Below, one piece after another: positions 36,940 through 47,259 of a stretch of 64,000 nucleotides of DNA. The translations under genes and the position numbers were made by a program. The stretch's first letter is position 1; each line of letters begins with the position of its first letter. Location: assembly GCA_029259175.1 (NCBI GenBank), contig JAPDJH010000001.1:1-64000 (forward strand), read 5' to 3'. Source of the stretch: Hadesarchaea archaeon. Its GTDB lineage: Archaea; Hadarchaeota; Hadarchaeia; Hadarchaeales; Hadarchaeaceae. The notes beneath the pieces are model-generated. The model did not search any database. It saw only the letters and a program-made list of their open reading frames with translations, and was not told where the DNA came from.

Positions 36940-37790
36940 TCCATCACCTCGAAATTCTCGTACAGCTTCTTGTACGCGTCCTGCACATCTGACTGTGGAA
37001 GGATCTCACGCAGCTTTTCGAAGACCTCGTGGACGCTTTTCAGATTGCCCGCGGAGAGCATGGTGTCCAAGCTCTTACAGGCCTCGATCAGACGCGCACG
37101 CACGATTCTGGAATATGTGTTGTACACCTGAATCTCACCGTAGAGCTCCGGACTGGCAGCCAACATGGCCTCCGCCGTCCTGAAGAGGGAGTTGAACAAA
37201 GGTGTGCGGATGGGCCGCTTGTCAAACTCGCGCAGCGACTCGTAGGCCGAGAGATAGCCCAAGAGCACGAAGTGGGTCATGCACTGAATCACTGCCATGA
37301 GCTTGTCGTGATCCTCGGCGCTCATCTCGGTGACTCTCGCGCCCAGCGACTCCAAGGACCTTACGAATCGCTTGTAGACGCTGGCCGTGCGCACCGGGAC
37401 GCTGATCACGTCCTTTCCTTGGAGCGTGGTGGCGCCGGGACCGAAAAGGGGATGGATGGACGCGAGCTCGCAATCGGTGCTGAGGCCCTTCATCGTATCC
37501 ACCACCCGTTCCTTCACCGAGCTCAGATCGACCAACAAACGATTTTTCTTCATCTTTGGAGCGATGTCCTCAAGCACCCTCGGGGTCTCGGGAATGGGCA
37601 CGGCCACCATCACCACATCGGCATCCGGCTCGAGCTCCTTCGCGCTCACGTACTCCACTCCCAAACGCGAAGCAACCCGGCTGGCCTTGCGCCCATCGAT
37701 ATCGCACAGCACCACCTCTCCCACGTTCTCCTTCCACACACGGGCCATCCAGCTGCCCATCGCTCCACATCCGATGATGAGCACCCTCAC
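36936..37790 (-). CDS. tyrA: Prephenate dehydrogenase
   Basis: IIGCGAMG, DLSSVK, HPLFGP, HDKLMA. Confidence 0.92.
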   Translation of the reverse strand: MRVLIIGCGAMGSWMARVWKENVGEVVLCDIDGRKASRVASRLGVEYVSAKELEPDADVVMVAVPIPETPRVLEDIAPKMKKNRLLVDLSSVKERVVDTMKGLSTDCELASIHPLFGPGATTLQGKDVISVPVRTASVYKRFVRSLESLGARVTEMSAEDHDKLMAVIQCMTHFVLLGYLSAYESLREFDKRPIRTPLFNSLFRTAEAMLAASPELYGEIQVYNTYSRIVRARLIEACKSLDTMLSAGNLKSVHEVFEKLREILPQSDVQDAYKKLYENFEVME

Positions 37791-38638
37791 TCTCGTCCCT
37801 CCGCAGCTCTTTTAGCCGCGCGCATCATGGTGTGTAAAGGGGGATCCCTCCGCGTCCACAGCTTGAAAGAGAGCGCCGCTTGGTAGACCAGCATCTGGAG
37901 ACCGTCCACGGTCCGGCACCCTGCTTTCTCTGCCTCCCTCAGCAGTCTGGTCCGAAGCGGCTTGTACACGATATCCATCACCGATACCTCCGGACTCAGC
38001 ATGTCTGCCGTAACGAGTGTGTCTTCGGGATGCGGCAACATGCCAACAGAGGTGGCGTTTATCAACAGATCGGATCCGGAAAGCGCTTTCTTTAGCTCAC
38101 GCTTACGCAGCCCTATGATTCTGATCTCCGCGCCGAGCTTTTTCCGGAGGATTGCGGCGAGCGCCTCAGCACGAGACACCGTTCGATTCGCAACCACCAC
38201 CTGGCACCCCTTCTGCACCAGAGAAAAAACTATCGCGCGAGCGGCGCCGCCCGCGCCCAGCACCACTACCCGCATCCCGCTTATGGGCCCGAGATTTTTC
38301 TCGAGGGCCCGCATCGCCCCCTCTCCATCCGTGTTGTAGCCCACAAGGACCCCTTTTCGGTTCACCACGGTGTTGACGGCCTCCACCAACGAGGCCGAGC
38401 GATCCAAGCGGTCCAACAAGCTCATCACATCAACCTTGTAAGGAATAGTGACGTTGAAACCCTTGGTCCAAAACCTTGAGGCGCTGACCACTTGGGAGAG
38501 GTATCCCTGCGGGGTCTCTACAGCAACATAAAGGGCGCGCATCCGCAGGGCGCGAAAAGCCGCATTGTGAATGGCGGGCGAAAGACTTCCAGACACCGGA
38601 TTGCCGACCAGCATATAGAGCGAAAAGGGCCTGCTCAA
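37787..38638 (-). CDS. aroE: Shikimate dehydrogenase
   Basis: SLSPAIHN, NVTIPYK, AVNT, NTDG, GAGGAA. Confidence 0.95.
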   Translation of the reverse strand: MSRPFSLYMLVGNPVSGSLSPAIHNAAFRALRMRALYVAVETPQGYLSQVVSASRFWTKGFNVTIPYKVDVMSLLDRLDRSASLVEAVNTVVNRKGVLVGYNTDGEGAMRALEKNLGPISGMRVVVLGAGGAARAIVFSLVQKGCQVVVANRTVSRAEALAAILRKKLGAEIRIIGLRKRELKKALSGSDLLINATSVGMLPHPEDTLVTADMLSPEVSVMDIVYKPLRTRLLREAEKAGCRTVDGLQMLVYQAALSFKLWTRRDPPLHTMMRAAKRAAEGRE

Positions 38639-39360
38639 TCTTCGACCTCCCAGCGCGGAAGCGAACTCAGTACCCGCACCGTTTCCCGCACACTCAGCTG
38701 TCCCGGTGCCGTTGGCTTTCCGGCTGCCGCGTACACAAGCGGAACCCCCACTATGGGCCCAACGAAGCGGGTGAACATTCCGGCCTCTCCCATGGCAAAC
38801 GCGATGACTGGCCGATCCACCACATCACGACTTGAAACGACGAATTCAAGAATTCTCAGACCGTCCCTCAGCGTGCATGCAGTCGTAACTATTTTGAGCA
38901 AATCGCAGGGGCGCCGAGCCATCCGCCCGGCCAGCGCAAGCAATCGAGCTGGTCTCGGAGTTCGCTTGAAGTCGTGATGCGAGAGAAGAATTGACGTATG
39001 CCCAGCCTTTTCCCGAATCTGAGCGGCCAAACGAGGGGGCGTCGAGAACTCCACATCCACGCACTCCACTCCACTCGAGACCCCCTGAACGAGAAGGCGA
39101 ACCCGCTCTGACTCCGATCCACGGAAGTGCCCCCCCTCTCTCGGGGAACGATTGGTAAGAATTACAGGACCATCCAGATCAAGTACTCTCTCCCACCCAC
39201 CGAAATTTCTTAGAGAGTCTATCCGGAGCTCAACCACATCAGCACCCTCTGAGATCGCCTTCTTAGCTAATTGGAGCATCGACCTCGGCGTGGGGGCCTG
39301 GACCGCTGCACAAACAGCTGGGGTTCTGATGCGTCTTCGACCCAAACGGATCTCGCCCAT
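38635..39360 (-). CDS. aroD: Type I 3-dehydroquinate dehydratase
   Basis: ELRID, R...EGG, SHHDF, K, MGEAG, APGQ. Confidence 0.93.
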   Translation of the reverse strand: MGEIRLGRRRIRTPAVCAAVQAPTPRSMLQLAKKAISEGADVVELRIDSLRNFGGWERVLDLDGPVILTNRSPREGGHFRGSESERVRLLVQGVSSGVECVDVEFSTPPRLAAQIREKAGHTSILLSHHDFKRTPRPARLLALAGRMARRPCDLLKIVTTACTLRDGLRILEFVVSSRDVVDRPVIAFAMGEAGMFTRFVGPIVGVPLVYAAAGKPTAPGQLSVRETVRVLSSLPRWEVED

Positions 39361-39366
39361 AACTGC

Positions 39367-40476
39367 TCACCGCTCGACCAGCGTCTCCTCCACCCGCTTG
39401 CCGAAGTGCCGCCCGCCCGCCTCCACCAAAACCAGCAGCTCTTGGCCGGGGGACAGACGGGTGACCGGAATCGGGTTTCCATTAGCATCCACAAGATTGA
39501 TCGTTTCAGCGTTCTGCAACAAGACCTTGAACGTCCTGCCGGCGCTCTCCGCCTCAACAAGCACCATGGGTCTGCGCTCTATCTTCACTCGTCCCACAAC
39601 CGCCGGGCGTCCCCTTCCCTTAGAATCGACGACCAAGACCTCGTCCCCTGCTTTCAGCTCCGAGAGATACTTGGTTTTCCCTCCCGGCACGCGGATGTAG
39701 GAATGTACCCCACCGGCGTTCACGCGGAAAGGTCTGGGCTCCACGAACTCGCTCGGAAGCGTCTCGGAGTGCACGAGAAAGAGCCCCTCTGCCTGGCTTC
39801 CGACCAGCATTCCCTCTCCAACCTCCAGCATCGAAGTGGTGTCGACGCAGGCCCTGTCGCCAATCCCGGCGGGCGTAACGCTGACTACGCGGGCAGTTGT
39901 CAAGGAGAGCGACTCCCTGCTCAGCTCGTCCAGGCGCTCACACGTTCGTTCGATCTCCTTTGGATCGCGTGAATCGAGCAGAACACCGTGTGTTCCAACC
40001 TCAAGTGTTTGGGCCGCCAGCACGGCCTCGTCAGCGCTCCTCACCTCAGCCAAAAGCCGTCCGGGGAGTTTTTGGAAATCGGCGATCAGGTTTTCCAGCG
40101 GGATTATCTTCCAGTCCTTGGCGCAAACCAAAACAAAATCGGCGACAGACCCCAGCTCCGCCGCCGCTCGCTCGCTCTGCTTGTCGACCACATCAACAGT
40201 CACTGCTGTTTTCTTTCCGCTCTGCTTCACGCGCGTGGCCCAGCCCTTCACCTCCTGCAGCTCGGATGGCGAACTCAACCGCCTGAGGACCACACCCACC
40301 CCTGGCAGGTCCTCAGAGGAGGCGACTAGCACTGATCCGAGCTCCAGAACCGGGCGGACTTCGTCGGGGCGGACCACTATGGCATCCACGCCGCACTCTA
40401 TGGCTTTCTTCACGAGTTTCTTTTTAGTGTCCCAGCTCTCCTCTCCATCGGCCCGAACCCACACCAACTTGCGCAA
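39367..40476 (-). CDS. aroB': 3-dehydroquinate synthase II
   Basis: DWKIIPLENLIA, GDRACVD, RPFRVNAG, LQNAET, RHFG. Confidence 0.95.
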   Translation of the reverse strand: MRKLVWVRADGEESWDTKKKLVKKAIECGVDAIVVRPDEVRPVLELGSVLVASSEDLPGVGVVLRRLSSPSELQEVKGWATRVKQSGKKTAVTVDVVDKQSERAAAELGSVADFVLVCAKDWKIIPLENLIADFQKLPGRLLAEVRSADEAVLAAQTLEVGTHGVLLDSRDPKEIERTCERLDELSRESLSLTTARVVSVTPAGIGDRACVDTTSMLEVGEGMLVGSQAEGLFLVHSETLPSEFVEPRPFRVNAGGVHSYIRVPGGKTKYLSELKAGDEVLVVDSKGRGRPAVVGRVKIERRPMVLVEAESAGRTFKVLLQNAETINLVDANGNPIPVTRLSPGQELLVLVEAGGRHFGKRVEETLVER

Positions 40477-40483
40477 CGTTTCT

Positions 40484-41293
40484 TCACCCTTCGAGTTCCT
40501 TCATTGCCTCATCGACAGAAAAACCCTCGTGGACGATTTTGGCTAGAGCCCGCGTCATGCGCATTGGGTCGCGATGCTGGAAAATATTGCGGCCTATGGA
40601 GATCCCAATAGCCCCGGCTTCGATCGCGTCGGCCGCCATTTGCAACACGTCTCGCTCGGTGGCCGCCTTGGGCCCGCCGGCTATCACGACTGGAACGGGA
40701 CAACCGCGAACCACCTTGCGGAAGGAATCCACATCGCCAGTGTAGACAGTCTTCACGATGTCGGCCCCGAGTTCGGCACCCACACGTGCCGCATGGGCGA
40801 CCAAGTCCGGATCGTGCTGATTCTTGACTTTCGGGCCACGCGGATACATCATGGCAAACAGAGGTATCCCCCATCGATCACACGCTTCGGCAACCTCCCC
40901 CAGAGTTCTAAGCTGCTCCGGCTCGTTCGTCGCCCCCACGTTGATGTGAACCGACACTCCATCGGCGCCCAATGCGAGCGCCTCCTCAACCGAGGCCACT
41001 TGGACCTTAGAGTTCGGGTCCGGACCCAAGGACGTGCTTCCCGAGAGGTGAATTATCAGACCGATATCGCGGCCGTATCCGCGGTGCCCTGCTCGAACGA
41101 TCCCCTTGTGGAGCACCACCGCGTTGGCGCCCCCTTCAGCAACACTGTTGATGGTGGCCGCCATGTCCTCCAAGCCCTGAATCGGACCCATGGAAAGGCC
41201 GTGGTCCATGGGGACGATCACGGTGCGTCTTGTCTTCCTGTCGATGATGCGCTCAAGCCTTATTCGCTTGCCCACCTCGGACAGCCAAATCAC
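40484..41293 (-). CDS. aroA': 2-amino-3,7-dideoxy-D-threo-hept-6-ulosonate synthase
   Basis: [33 protein letters not shown]; upstream of aroB'. Confidence 0.92.
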   Translation of the reverse strand: MIWLSEVGKRIRLERIIDRKTRRTVIVPMDHGLSMGPIQGLEDMAATINSVAEGGANAVVLHKGIVRAGHRGYGRDIGLIIHLSGSTSLGPDPNSKVQVASVEEALALGADGVSVHINVGATNEPEQLRTLGEVAEACDRWGIPLFAMMYPRGPKVKNQHDPDLVAHAARVGAELGADIVKTVYTGDVDSFRKVVRGCPVPVVIAGGPKAATERDVLQMAADAIEAGAIGISIGRNIFQHRDPMRMTRALAKIVHEGFSVDEAMKELEG

Positions 41294-41362
41294 CCTCTCA
41301 TACTAACTCCAACCCAATTAAAAGGTGTGTGGTCAGTCATGCGCGACGCAACTGGAAGAGGA

Positions 41363-41569
41363 CTACGATAAATCGTGGAGTTCCAAGATCGGGTTTCGAG
41401 ACTACGATAAATCGTAGTTGGTGCTGATTCTGCATGTTCTCCCCTTGCGCTCGTGGTGATGAGCTCTACGATAAATCGTAGAGTTCCCCAACTCAAATCG
41501 CGAGGTCTACGATAAATCGTAGACTTTCCATTCCGAACCGGGGCGCGAGAGGACTACGATAAATCGTAG
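41363..41569. repeat. Five copies of 16-bp palindrome CTACGATAAATCGTAG
   Basis: Starts at 41363 (1 mismatch), 41402, 41466, 41507, 41554, between divergent aroA' and aroA. Confidence 0.95.
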
Positions 41570-41619
41570 ACCTTCTTCTCAATTCAGTCATCATTATAGG
41601 CTCACAACACAAAACCAAC

Positions 41620-42915
41620 TTGATGAAACTGCTCGTGCGTCCCTCGCGGCTCTCGGGAAAAGTAAGAGCGCCCCCATCGAAATCCTACACCCACCGGGCC
41701 TTCATCATTGCCGCCCTAGCCGAGGGTGAAAGCCGGATTCATCACCCCCTCCTCAGCCTCGATACGCAAGCGACCATTGAGGGAATAAAAGCACTCGGTG
41801 CCCGCGTTGAGCGAAAGGGCGAAGCGTGGATCGTGAGGGGAACTGGAGGACAGGTCCGAGCGAAGCAAAGAGAGATCGATGCCCTGAACTCGGGAACAAC
41901 CCTCAGGATTCTTGCCGCAGTCGGTGCACTCTCCCCAGCCCCTATCCGCCTCACGGGAGATCGCTCGTTGCTCAGACGGCCCATGGGGCCGCTAATCGAT
42001 GCGCTCAAACAGCTCGGAGCCGAGGCGAAATGCCAAGGGGCCAACGGACGACCGCCAGTGGTCGTCGGCGGAGGACTCGAAGGTGGAGAAACCGAAATCA
42101 CCGGCACTGTTAGCTCACAATTCATATCCGCCTTGCTCATCGCTGGCACCCAGGCACGGGAGGATGTGGAGATAACCATAACCGATGAGCTTCGATCCAA
42201 GCCCTACGTCGAAATCACCTTGGATCTGTTGCGAAAGGCCGGGGCGCGCATCAAGCACGACAAATCGCTCATGTGGTTCAAAGTCGAGGGGCGCCAAAGA
42301 CTGAAACCGCTCGACATCGAGATACCAGGTGACTTTTCCTCCGCCAGCTTCGTGCTCGGGGGGGCGGCCCTCACCGGCTCCTGCGTGGAAGTCGACAATC
42401 TGAACTACCGGGGTGTCCAAGGGGATCGGCGCATAGTGGACTATCTTCGCGAATTCGGCGCAGAGGTGGAGGTAAAAACCGGCGCGATCTCGGTTCGTGG
42501 AAGCGAGCTTTCGGGCAGCGAGTTCGACTGTGCCGACACGCCCGATCTCGTTCCAGTGCTAGCTGTGCTCGGCAGTATCGCAGACGGAACCACCGAAATC
42601 CGAAACGTCCCGCATCTCCGGATCAAGGAAAGCGATCGCATCAGAACGCTGACCATTGGGCTCGAGCGCTTGGGAGCACGGGTAAAGGAGCTGGAAGACG
42701 GTTTGAAACTCTTTGGGCGTAAGGGGCTGACGGGGAACACGGTGGACTCCTATGGAGACCACCGGATAGCCATGGCGCTGACGATTGCTGGGCTCGTAGC
42801 CACCGGGCAAACTCTCGTAAGCGGTGCTGAAAGCATTCCCGTATCGTATCCGGGTTTTGTCGACGATTTGAAAAAGCTCGGGGCTCGAATAGAAATTATC
42901 ACTTCTAAACCCTAA
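41620..42915 (+). CDS. aroA: EPSP synthase
   Basis: PPSKSYTHR, NSGTT, RPM, SSQF, PGDFSSA, KESDR, DHR. Confidence 0.95.
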   Translation: MMKLLVRPSRLSGKVRAPPSKSYTHRAFIIAALAEGESRIHHPLLSLDTQATIEGIKALGARVERKGEAWIVRGTGGQVRAKQREIDALNSGTTLRILAAVGALSPAPIRLTGDRSLLRRPMGPLIDALKQLGAEAKCQGANGRPPVVVGGGLEGGETEITGTVSSQFISALLIAGTQAREDVEITITDELRSKPYVEITLDLLRKAGARIKHDKSLMWFKVEGRQRLKPLDIEIPGDFSSASFVLGGAALTGSCVEVDNLNYRGVQGDRRIVDYLREFGAEVEVKTGAISVRGSELSGSEFDCADTPDLVPVLAVLGSIADGTTEIRNVPHLRIKESDRIRTLTIGLERLGARVKELEDGLKLFGRKGLTGNTVDSYGDHRIAMALTIAGLVATGQTLVSGAESIPVSYPGFVDDLKKLGARIEIITSKP

Positions 42916-43053
42916 AACACAGCAGCACAAAGCCTGTTTCTAATTTTCACTTACTGTTTGGCTTTCCCAACAGCACGATCGGCGGGTTGTTGGTGTACAG
43001 GCACACAAAGCAACGGTTAAGAGAGTAAAAACAGAAATGAGAGGGGTCAGCAC

Positions 43054-44148
43054 ATGGGAGGAAACTCCTTTGGCACTGCGTTCAAAGTGACCACTTGGGG
43101 GGAGAGCCACGGCAGGGCCGTCGGTGTGGTAGTCGACGGTGTTCCCGCCGGACTCTCGCTCTCGGAAAAAGACATCCAGCGCGAGCTCGACCGGCGCAGA
43201 CCGGGGAGTTCGCGGGTGACGAGTCCTCGGCGCGAACTCGACCGTGTCGAGATCCTCTCCGGAGTTTTTAGAGGAAAAACACTCGGCACCCCCATCTCGA
43301 TGCTCGTGTGGAACAGGGATGTGGACTCCAGACCATATGAGCTGATAAAACGAAAGCCCCGGCCAGGACACGCCGACCTCACCTACTGGCTGAAGTATGG
43401 CCACGTGGACTACCGCGGTGGAGGGCGGGCCTCGGCACGTGAAACCGTGGGGCGAGTAGCCGCTGGCGCGATAGCCAAAAAGCTTCTGGGGCTGAAGAGA
43501 GTGGAGATTCTCGGCCACACGATCGAAGCCGCTGGAGTTTCCGTGGGAAGGGAAATCAAGCCAGCACAGATCAAACGCTATGCCGAAAAAAACGAGATGC
43601 GTTGCGCCGATCCCAAAACGGCAAAGAAAATGCTTCAAGCGGTCTTGGATGCTGCCTCCCGAGGGGACACCACAGGAGGGGTGGTAGAGGTGATCGCCTT
43701 AAACGTCCCCGCTGGACTTGGCGAACCGGTCTTCGACAAACTGGATGCGGATCTCGCAAAGGCAATGATGTCGATCGGCGCGGTCAAAGCTGTTGAGATG
43801 GGAGCCGGCCGAGACTTCTCCACCATGCTGGGCTCCGAAGCCAACGATCCCATTTCCGTTCGTCGAGGGCGAATCGTAACATTGACGAACAAAGCCGGGG
43901 GAATCTTGGGTGGGATCTCAACCGGCATGCCAATCCGTGTGAGGATAACAGTAAAGCCGCCGTCATCGATCCGTAAACCCCAAACGACTGTCGATCTTGA
44001 AACATGGAAGGAAACTGAACTCAAACTTGCAGGACGGTTTGACCCGAACCTCTGTCCACGCGTTGTACCTGTTGCTGAAGCGATGATGGCCATAGTGCTC
44101 GCAGACCACATGTTGCGAGCGGGCATCATCAACCCGAACCAAGTCTAG
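43054..44148 (+). CDS. aroC: Chorismate synthase
   Basis: [36 protein letters not shown]. Confidence 0.96.
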   Translation: MGGNSFGTAFKVTTWGESHGRAVGVVVDGVPAGLSLSEKDIQRELDRRRPGSSRVTSPRRELDRVEILSGVFRGKTLGTPISMLVWNRDVDSRPYELIKRKPRPGHADLTYWLKYGHVDYRGGGRASARETVGRVAAGAIAKKLLGLKRVEILGHTIEAAGVSVGREIKPAQIKRYAEKNEMRCADPKTAKKMLQAVLDAASRGDTTGGVVEVIALNVPAGLGEPVFDKLDADLAKAMMSIGAVKAVEMGAGRDFSTMLGSEANDPISVRRGRIVTLTNKAGGILGGISTGMPIRVRITVKPPSSIRKPQTTVDLETWKETELKLAGRFDPNLCPRVVPVAEAMMAIVLADHMLRAGIINPNQV

Positions 44149-45026
44149 TGAGGCGAGCAGGATTGTACAGTGTTGGAATCGCGTCGGCTTGCGCCTCAGC
44201 TACGATTGTGAATGCTTTGGCGACTGGAAAGGGCGCTGCCTTTGGGATAGAGCTGCGTGTGTACGCTCGGGTCGAAATCGGAGACAAATTGCGTGGAGTA
44301 AAGGGGCGCGTGGAAGGGAAAACGTGTGATCCGCGGCTTGTCGAACTTTGCGTCGAAAAAGTGCTCAAACGCGTTGGCATCTCAGCGGGGGCGAGAGTCC
44401 ACACGACTTCAGATATTCCGATCGCCGTTGGGTTGTCCAGCAGCAGCGCCGCCGCGAACGCTGCAACGCTCGCTACCTATGCGGCTCTCGGAGAAAAACC
44501 GAGCGAAAAAGAAATACTAAACATCGGGATCGAAGCCGCCTTTGACGCTGGCGTAACGCTGACGGGTGCGCTTGACGATGCCGCGGCTTCTCTTTTGGGA
44601 TGCGGGGTGGTGACCCACAATCTGAAACGCAAGATTCTGAAAAGAGTGCGCATACCGAAAAAGTACAAGGTCGCCGTTTTAGTACCCAAGCGCCGCATAT
44701 ATACCGCTGCTCTCGCCCGGAAGGACTTCTCCCGAATAGCATCCGGAGTAGACGAGGCTCATCGACTTGCACTTTCTGGAGAAATATGGCCGGCAATGAT
44801 TCTCAACGGACTGCTGTATTCATACTCGCTTGACATTGACCCCTCGCCAGCTCTCGAAGCTCTGCGCTCCGGCGCGGTGGGCGCCGGACTGACAGGCACG
44901 GGGCCGGCAGTCGTTGCAGTAGGCGAACTCGACGCCATCTTGGAAACCGTGCGCCTCTGGAGGAAAAGGAAGGAAACCATAATCTTAACAGCACCCGCAC
45001 AGAAAGGAGGGAGGGTGGAAACATAG
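44148..45026 (+). CDS. aroK: Archaeal (GHMP) shikimate kinase
   Basis: TIVNALATGKGAAFGI, GLSSSSAAANA, TGALDD, GLTGTGP. Confidence 0.93.
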   Translation: MRRAGLYSVGIASACASATIVNALATGKGAAFGIELRVYARVEIGDKLRGVKGRVEGKTCDPRLVELCVEKVLKRVGISAGARVHTTSDIPIAVGLSSSSAAANAATLATYAALGEKPSEKEILNIGIEAAFDAGVTLTGALDDAAASLLGCGVVTHNLKRKILKRVRIPKKYKVAVLVPKRRIYTAALARKDFSRIASGVDEAHRLALSGEIWPAMILNGLLYSYSLDIDPSPALEALRSGAVGAGLTGTGPAVVAVGELDAILETVRLWRKRKETIILTAPAQKGGRVET

Positions 45027-45814
45027 CAGTAAGCAAGGAACTCAAAGCCCTGCGCCAGCAAATTGACAGGATCGACCAGAGCATCCTCGAATTGGTTGCA
45101 CAGCGCCTGAAGCTGGCCAATCAGATAGCCCAACTCAAAAGCAGGCTGAAACTGCCGGTAACGGATGAAGTACGGGAACAAAAGGTGCTCTCACGGATTC
45201 GAAAAAAAGCAGCGGAACTCCGGATCGACCGCGACATGGCGGAATCGCTCATCCGTTATCTGATGGCGTGGTCGGTGGGAAAACAGCGGGAGCGAATAGA
45301 AAGCCCATCCGTGTGGTCTCGAATCAATCAGGTATTCGAAAACTATCCTGCCCAGCTGGAGGTGGTGAAGTTCTTGCTAAAACACGGGCTTCACGTCGGA
45401 GACGATGAAAACATATACTGTGAGGAAATCAAGATTCCCTTTACACAGATAGCCCGCCACATCGGTGTTGATCGGCGCACGGTCGAGATGACCGCCAAAA
45501 AGATCTTGGAAGATCCACAGCTGAAAAATATCTTTCAGAACTTGGAATCCACGGCATTTCTCCGCCGAGTCGCTAGAGAGCTGAATCTAGGAGTGATCGA
45601 GATAATCCCCGATGACGCTGCAAAGCCGGGCATAGTCAAGAGCGTAGCCGAAGTGGTGTCCAACGCGGGAATAAGCATCCGGCAGGTAGTCACAGACGAT
45701 CCCCACTTGAGCACCGCGCCCAAGCTGACGGTCATAACTGAGTGCCCAGTGAAGGGCGAGGTCATAGACGCTCTCAAAAAAATCCCCCACATCCGGAGCA
45801 TCATCGTGTATTGA
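45023..45814 (+). CDS. Chorismate mutase (AroQ) fused to HTH-ACT amino-acid regulator (COG2150-like)
   Basis: LRQQIDRIDQSILELVAQR...K...V.D.VRE; then QIARHIGVDRRTV and ACT; CM helix lies upstream of first NTG (45092), ATA at 45023 follows GGAGG. Confidence 0.8.
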   Translation: MAVSKELKALRQQIDRIDQSILELVAQRLKLANQIAQLKSRLKLPVTDEVREQKVLSRIRKKAAELRIDRDMAESLIRYLMAWSVGKQRERIESPSVWSRINQVFENYPAQLEVVKFLLKHGLHVGDDENIYCEEIKIPFTQIARHIGVDRRTVEMTAKKILEDPQLKNIFQNLESTAFLRRVARELNLGVIEIIPDDAAKPGIVKSVAEVVSNAGISIRQVVTDDPHLSTAPKLTVITECPVKGEVIDALKKIPHIRSIIVY

Positions 45815-45827
45815 GGAGACCCAAAAC

Positions 45828-46568
45828 ATGCGCATCCCCACGCTTCGATTCGGCAGCATCGAAAGACCTGCAAACGTGCGTCGCGTTGCCGACATGGCGG
45901 ATGTCATCTTAGATCAGGAATGGGCCGCTAAAAACCAAGACTTACCGCTCTACTATATGTATCGGGATCTGTGGTTTGAAGAAGACCGAGAGCTCATCAT
46001 GCGCCACGATCTTCGCTACGACATTACGGTCATTCCTCCGCTCGTGATGGGGAAGGAGCTGGTGAAAACCAAGGGGCACTATCACCCCGAATGTGCCCCG
46101 GGCATAACCTATCCCGAAATCTACGAGGTCGTGGAAGGACGAGCGCACTTCTTGCTCCAGAAATCCGAAGGGGACAAAATCGTAGATGCTGTGCTGGTCG
46201 AAGCGAAGAAGGGCGACAAGCTGGTCATTCCGCCCAACTACGGCCATGTGACCATCAATCCGGGGCCGAACACTTTAAAACTGGCCAACTGGGTGAGCCG
46301 CGCGTTTTCATCCCTCTACGATGAGTACGTCAAAAAGCGTGGAGCAGCGTATTACGAGCTGGTCGACGGGACCCTCACGCCCAACCCCCACTATGGCGAC
46401 GTTCCCCAGCTGAGAAGATTGAAAGCTGTTGAGATTCCAGAACTAGGAATAGAAAGAGCACGGGATTTGTATTCGCTCATCAAAAACCCAGAACGTCTGG
46501 CTTTTCTGAACCGGCCACAGGAGTTCACATGGTTGTTCGCACGAACCTTGGAACGGACTACATCTTGA
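45828..46568 (+). CDS. pgiA: Cupin-type glucose-6-phosphate isomerase
   Basis: LRYDITVIPP, KTKGHYH, YPEIYEV, IPPNYGHVTIN. Confidence 0.88.
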   Translation: MRIPTLRFGSIERPANVRRVADMADVILDQEWAAKNQDLPLYYMYRDLWFEEDRELIMRHDLRYDITVIPPLVMGKELVKTKGHYHPECAPGITYPEIYEVVEGRAHFLLQKSEGDKIVDAVLVEAKKGDKLVIPPNYGHVTINPGPNTLKLANWVSRAFSSLYDEYVKKRGAAYYELVDGTLTPNPHYGDVPQLRRLKAVEIPELGIERARDLYSLIKNPERLAFLNRPQEFTWLFARTLERTTS

Positions 46569-46848
46569 CTAGCTGAGCGTGTGGGACCCCCTGAAACCTA
46601 AAAACACAGCGCCGGTCGATTAATCCTGCTTTGATGGCGTGTTCAACGATGGAGCCCACAAGGTTGGCAATCGTGGCGTCTTCGAGGGCCCGCATGCATT
46701 CCTCGATGCTTGCTTCGCGGCCCCTGTAGAAGCTCTCCTTGACCTCCAGCTTCATTTTCCGGTGTCTGAAGGTTTTCCCCAGCAGCTCTCGATCACAAAC
46801 GATCACCAAAGTCTCTCCGCGGGTGCGAACGACCCTCAGCAGAGGCAT
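46558..46848 (-). CDS. DUF424 family protein
   Basis: CDRELLGK, FYRG, IANLVG, VPHAQ. Confidence 0.85.
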   Translation of the reverse strand: MPLLRVVRTRGETLVIVCDRELLGKTFRHRKMKLEVKESFYRGREASIEECMRALEDATIANLVGSIVEHAIKAGLIDRRCVFRFQGVPHAQLVKM

Positions 46849-47259
46849 TCACGTCCCTCGAACCGGAGTCCTTGCCCCACACGCCTCGCAGCGCAACACC
46901 AGAATCCGATCGATTTTCTCAAGGCGGGTATCGGGTTTTCCACATTCCTTGCACAGCACGTATTCTTGCACGTAGCGATTTATCCTCTCCTGAATCACGC
47001 CGGGCGGGAATTTGCCTTGGACCACAAGCTGATTTTCCTTTAGCGCCCCGGCTGCTGCGAGTTCGCGAAGCAGGAACTTCGCCAGATGTGTCGGATCACG
47101 GTTCAGCGCCGAGGCAACAGAGCGAAGGTTCTTCACCACTGTCTGACTTCCCGCCACGGTCACTTCAGCCTCCGGGATCTGAAAACGTGTGTCGCTCTTC
47201 GAGGTCTTTGGGAGGCTCTGAAAAGCCCGCTCCAGCAGCTCCTCGTACTCATCCATCAC
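46849..47259 (-). CDS. eif2b: Translation initiation factor aIF-2 beta
   Basis: YEELLERA, LNRDP.HL, YVLCKECGKPDT, CEACGA. Confidence 0.93.
   Translation of the reverse strand: MMDEYEELLERAFQSLPKTSKSDTRFQIPEAEVTVAGSQTVVKNLRSVASALNRDPTHLAKFLLRELAAAGALKENQLVVQGKFPPGVIQERINRYVQEYVLCKECGKPDTRLEKIDRILVLRCEACGARTPVRGT

Noticed and set aside
41290-41496. 68-aa ORF with STTIYRS/NSTIYRS repeats as a leader peptide
   Set aside because: Peptide repeats are by-products of the DNA palindromes, which fall in different frames.
41358-41574. Palindrome array as a CRISPR array
   Set aside because: Conserved core is only 16 bp, spacing is irregular (39-64 bp), no 3' GAAA(C/G)-type end, no leader or cas genes seen.
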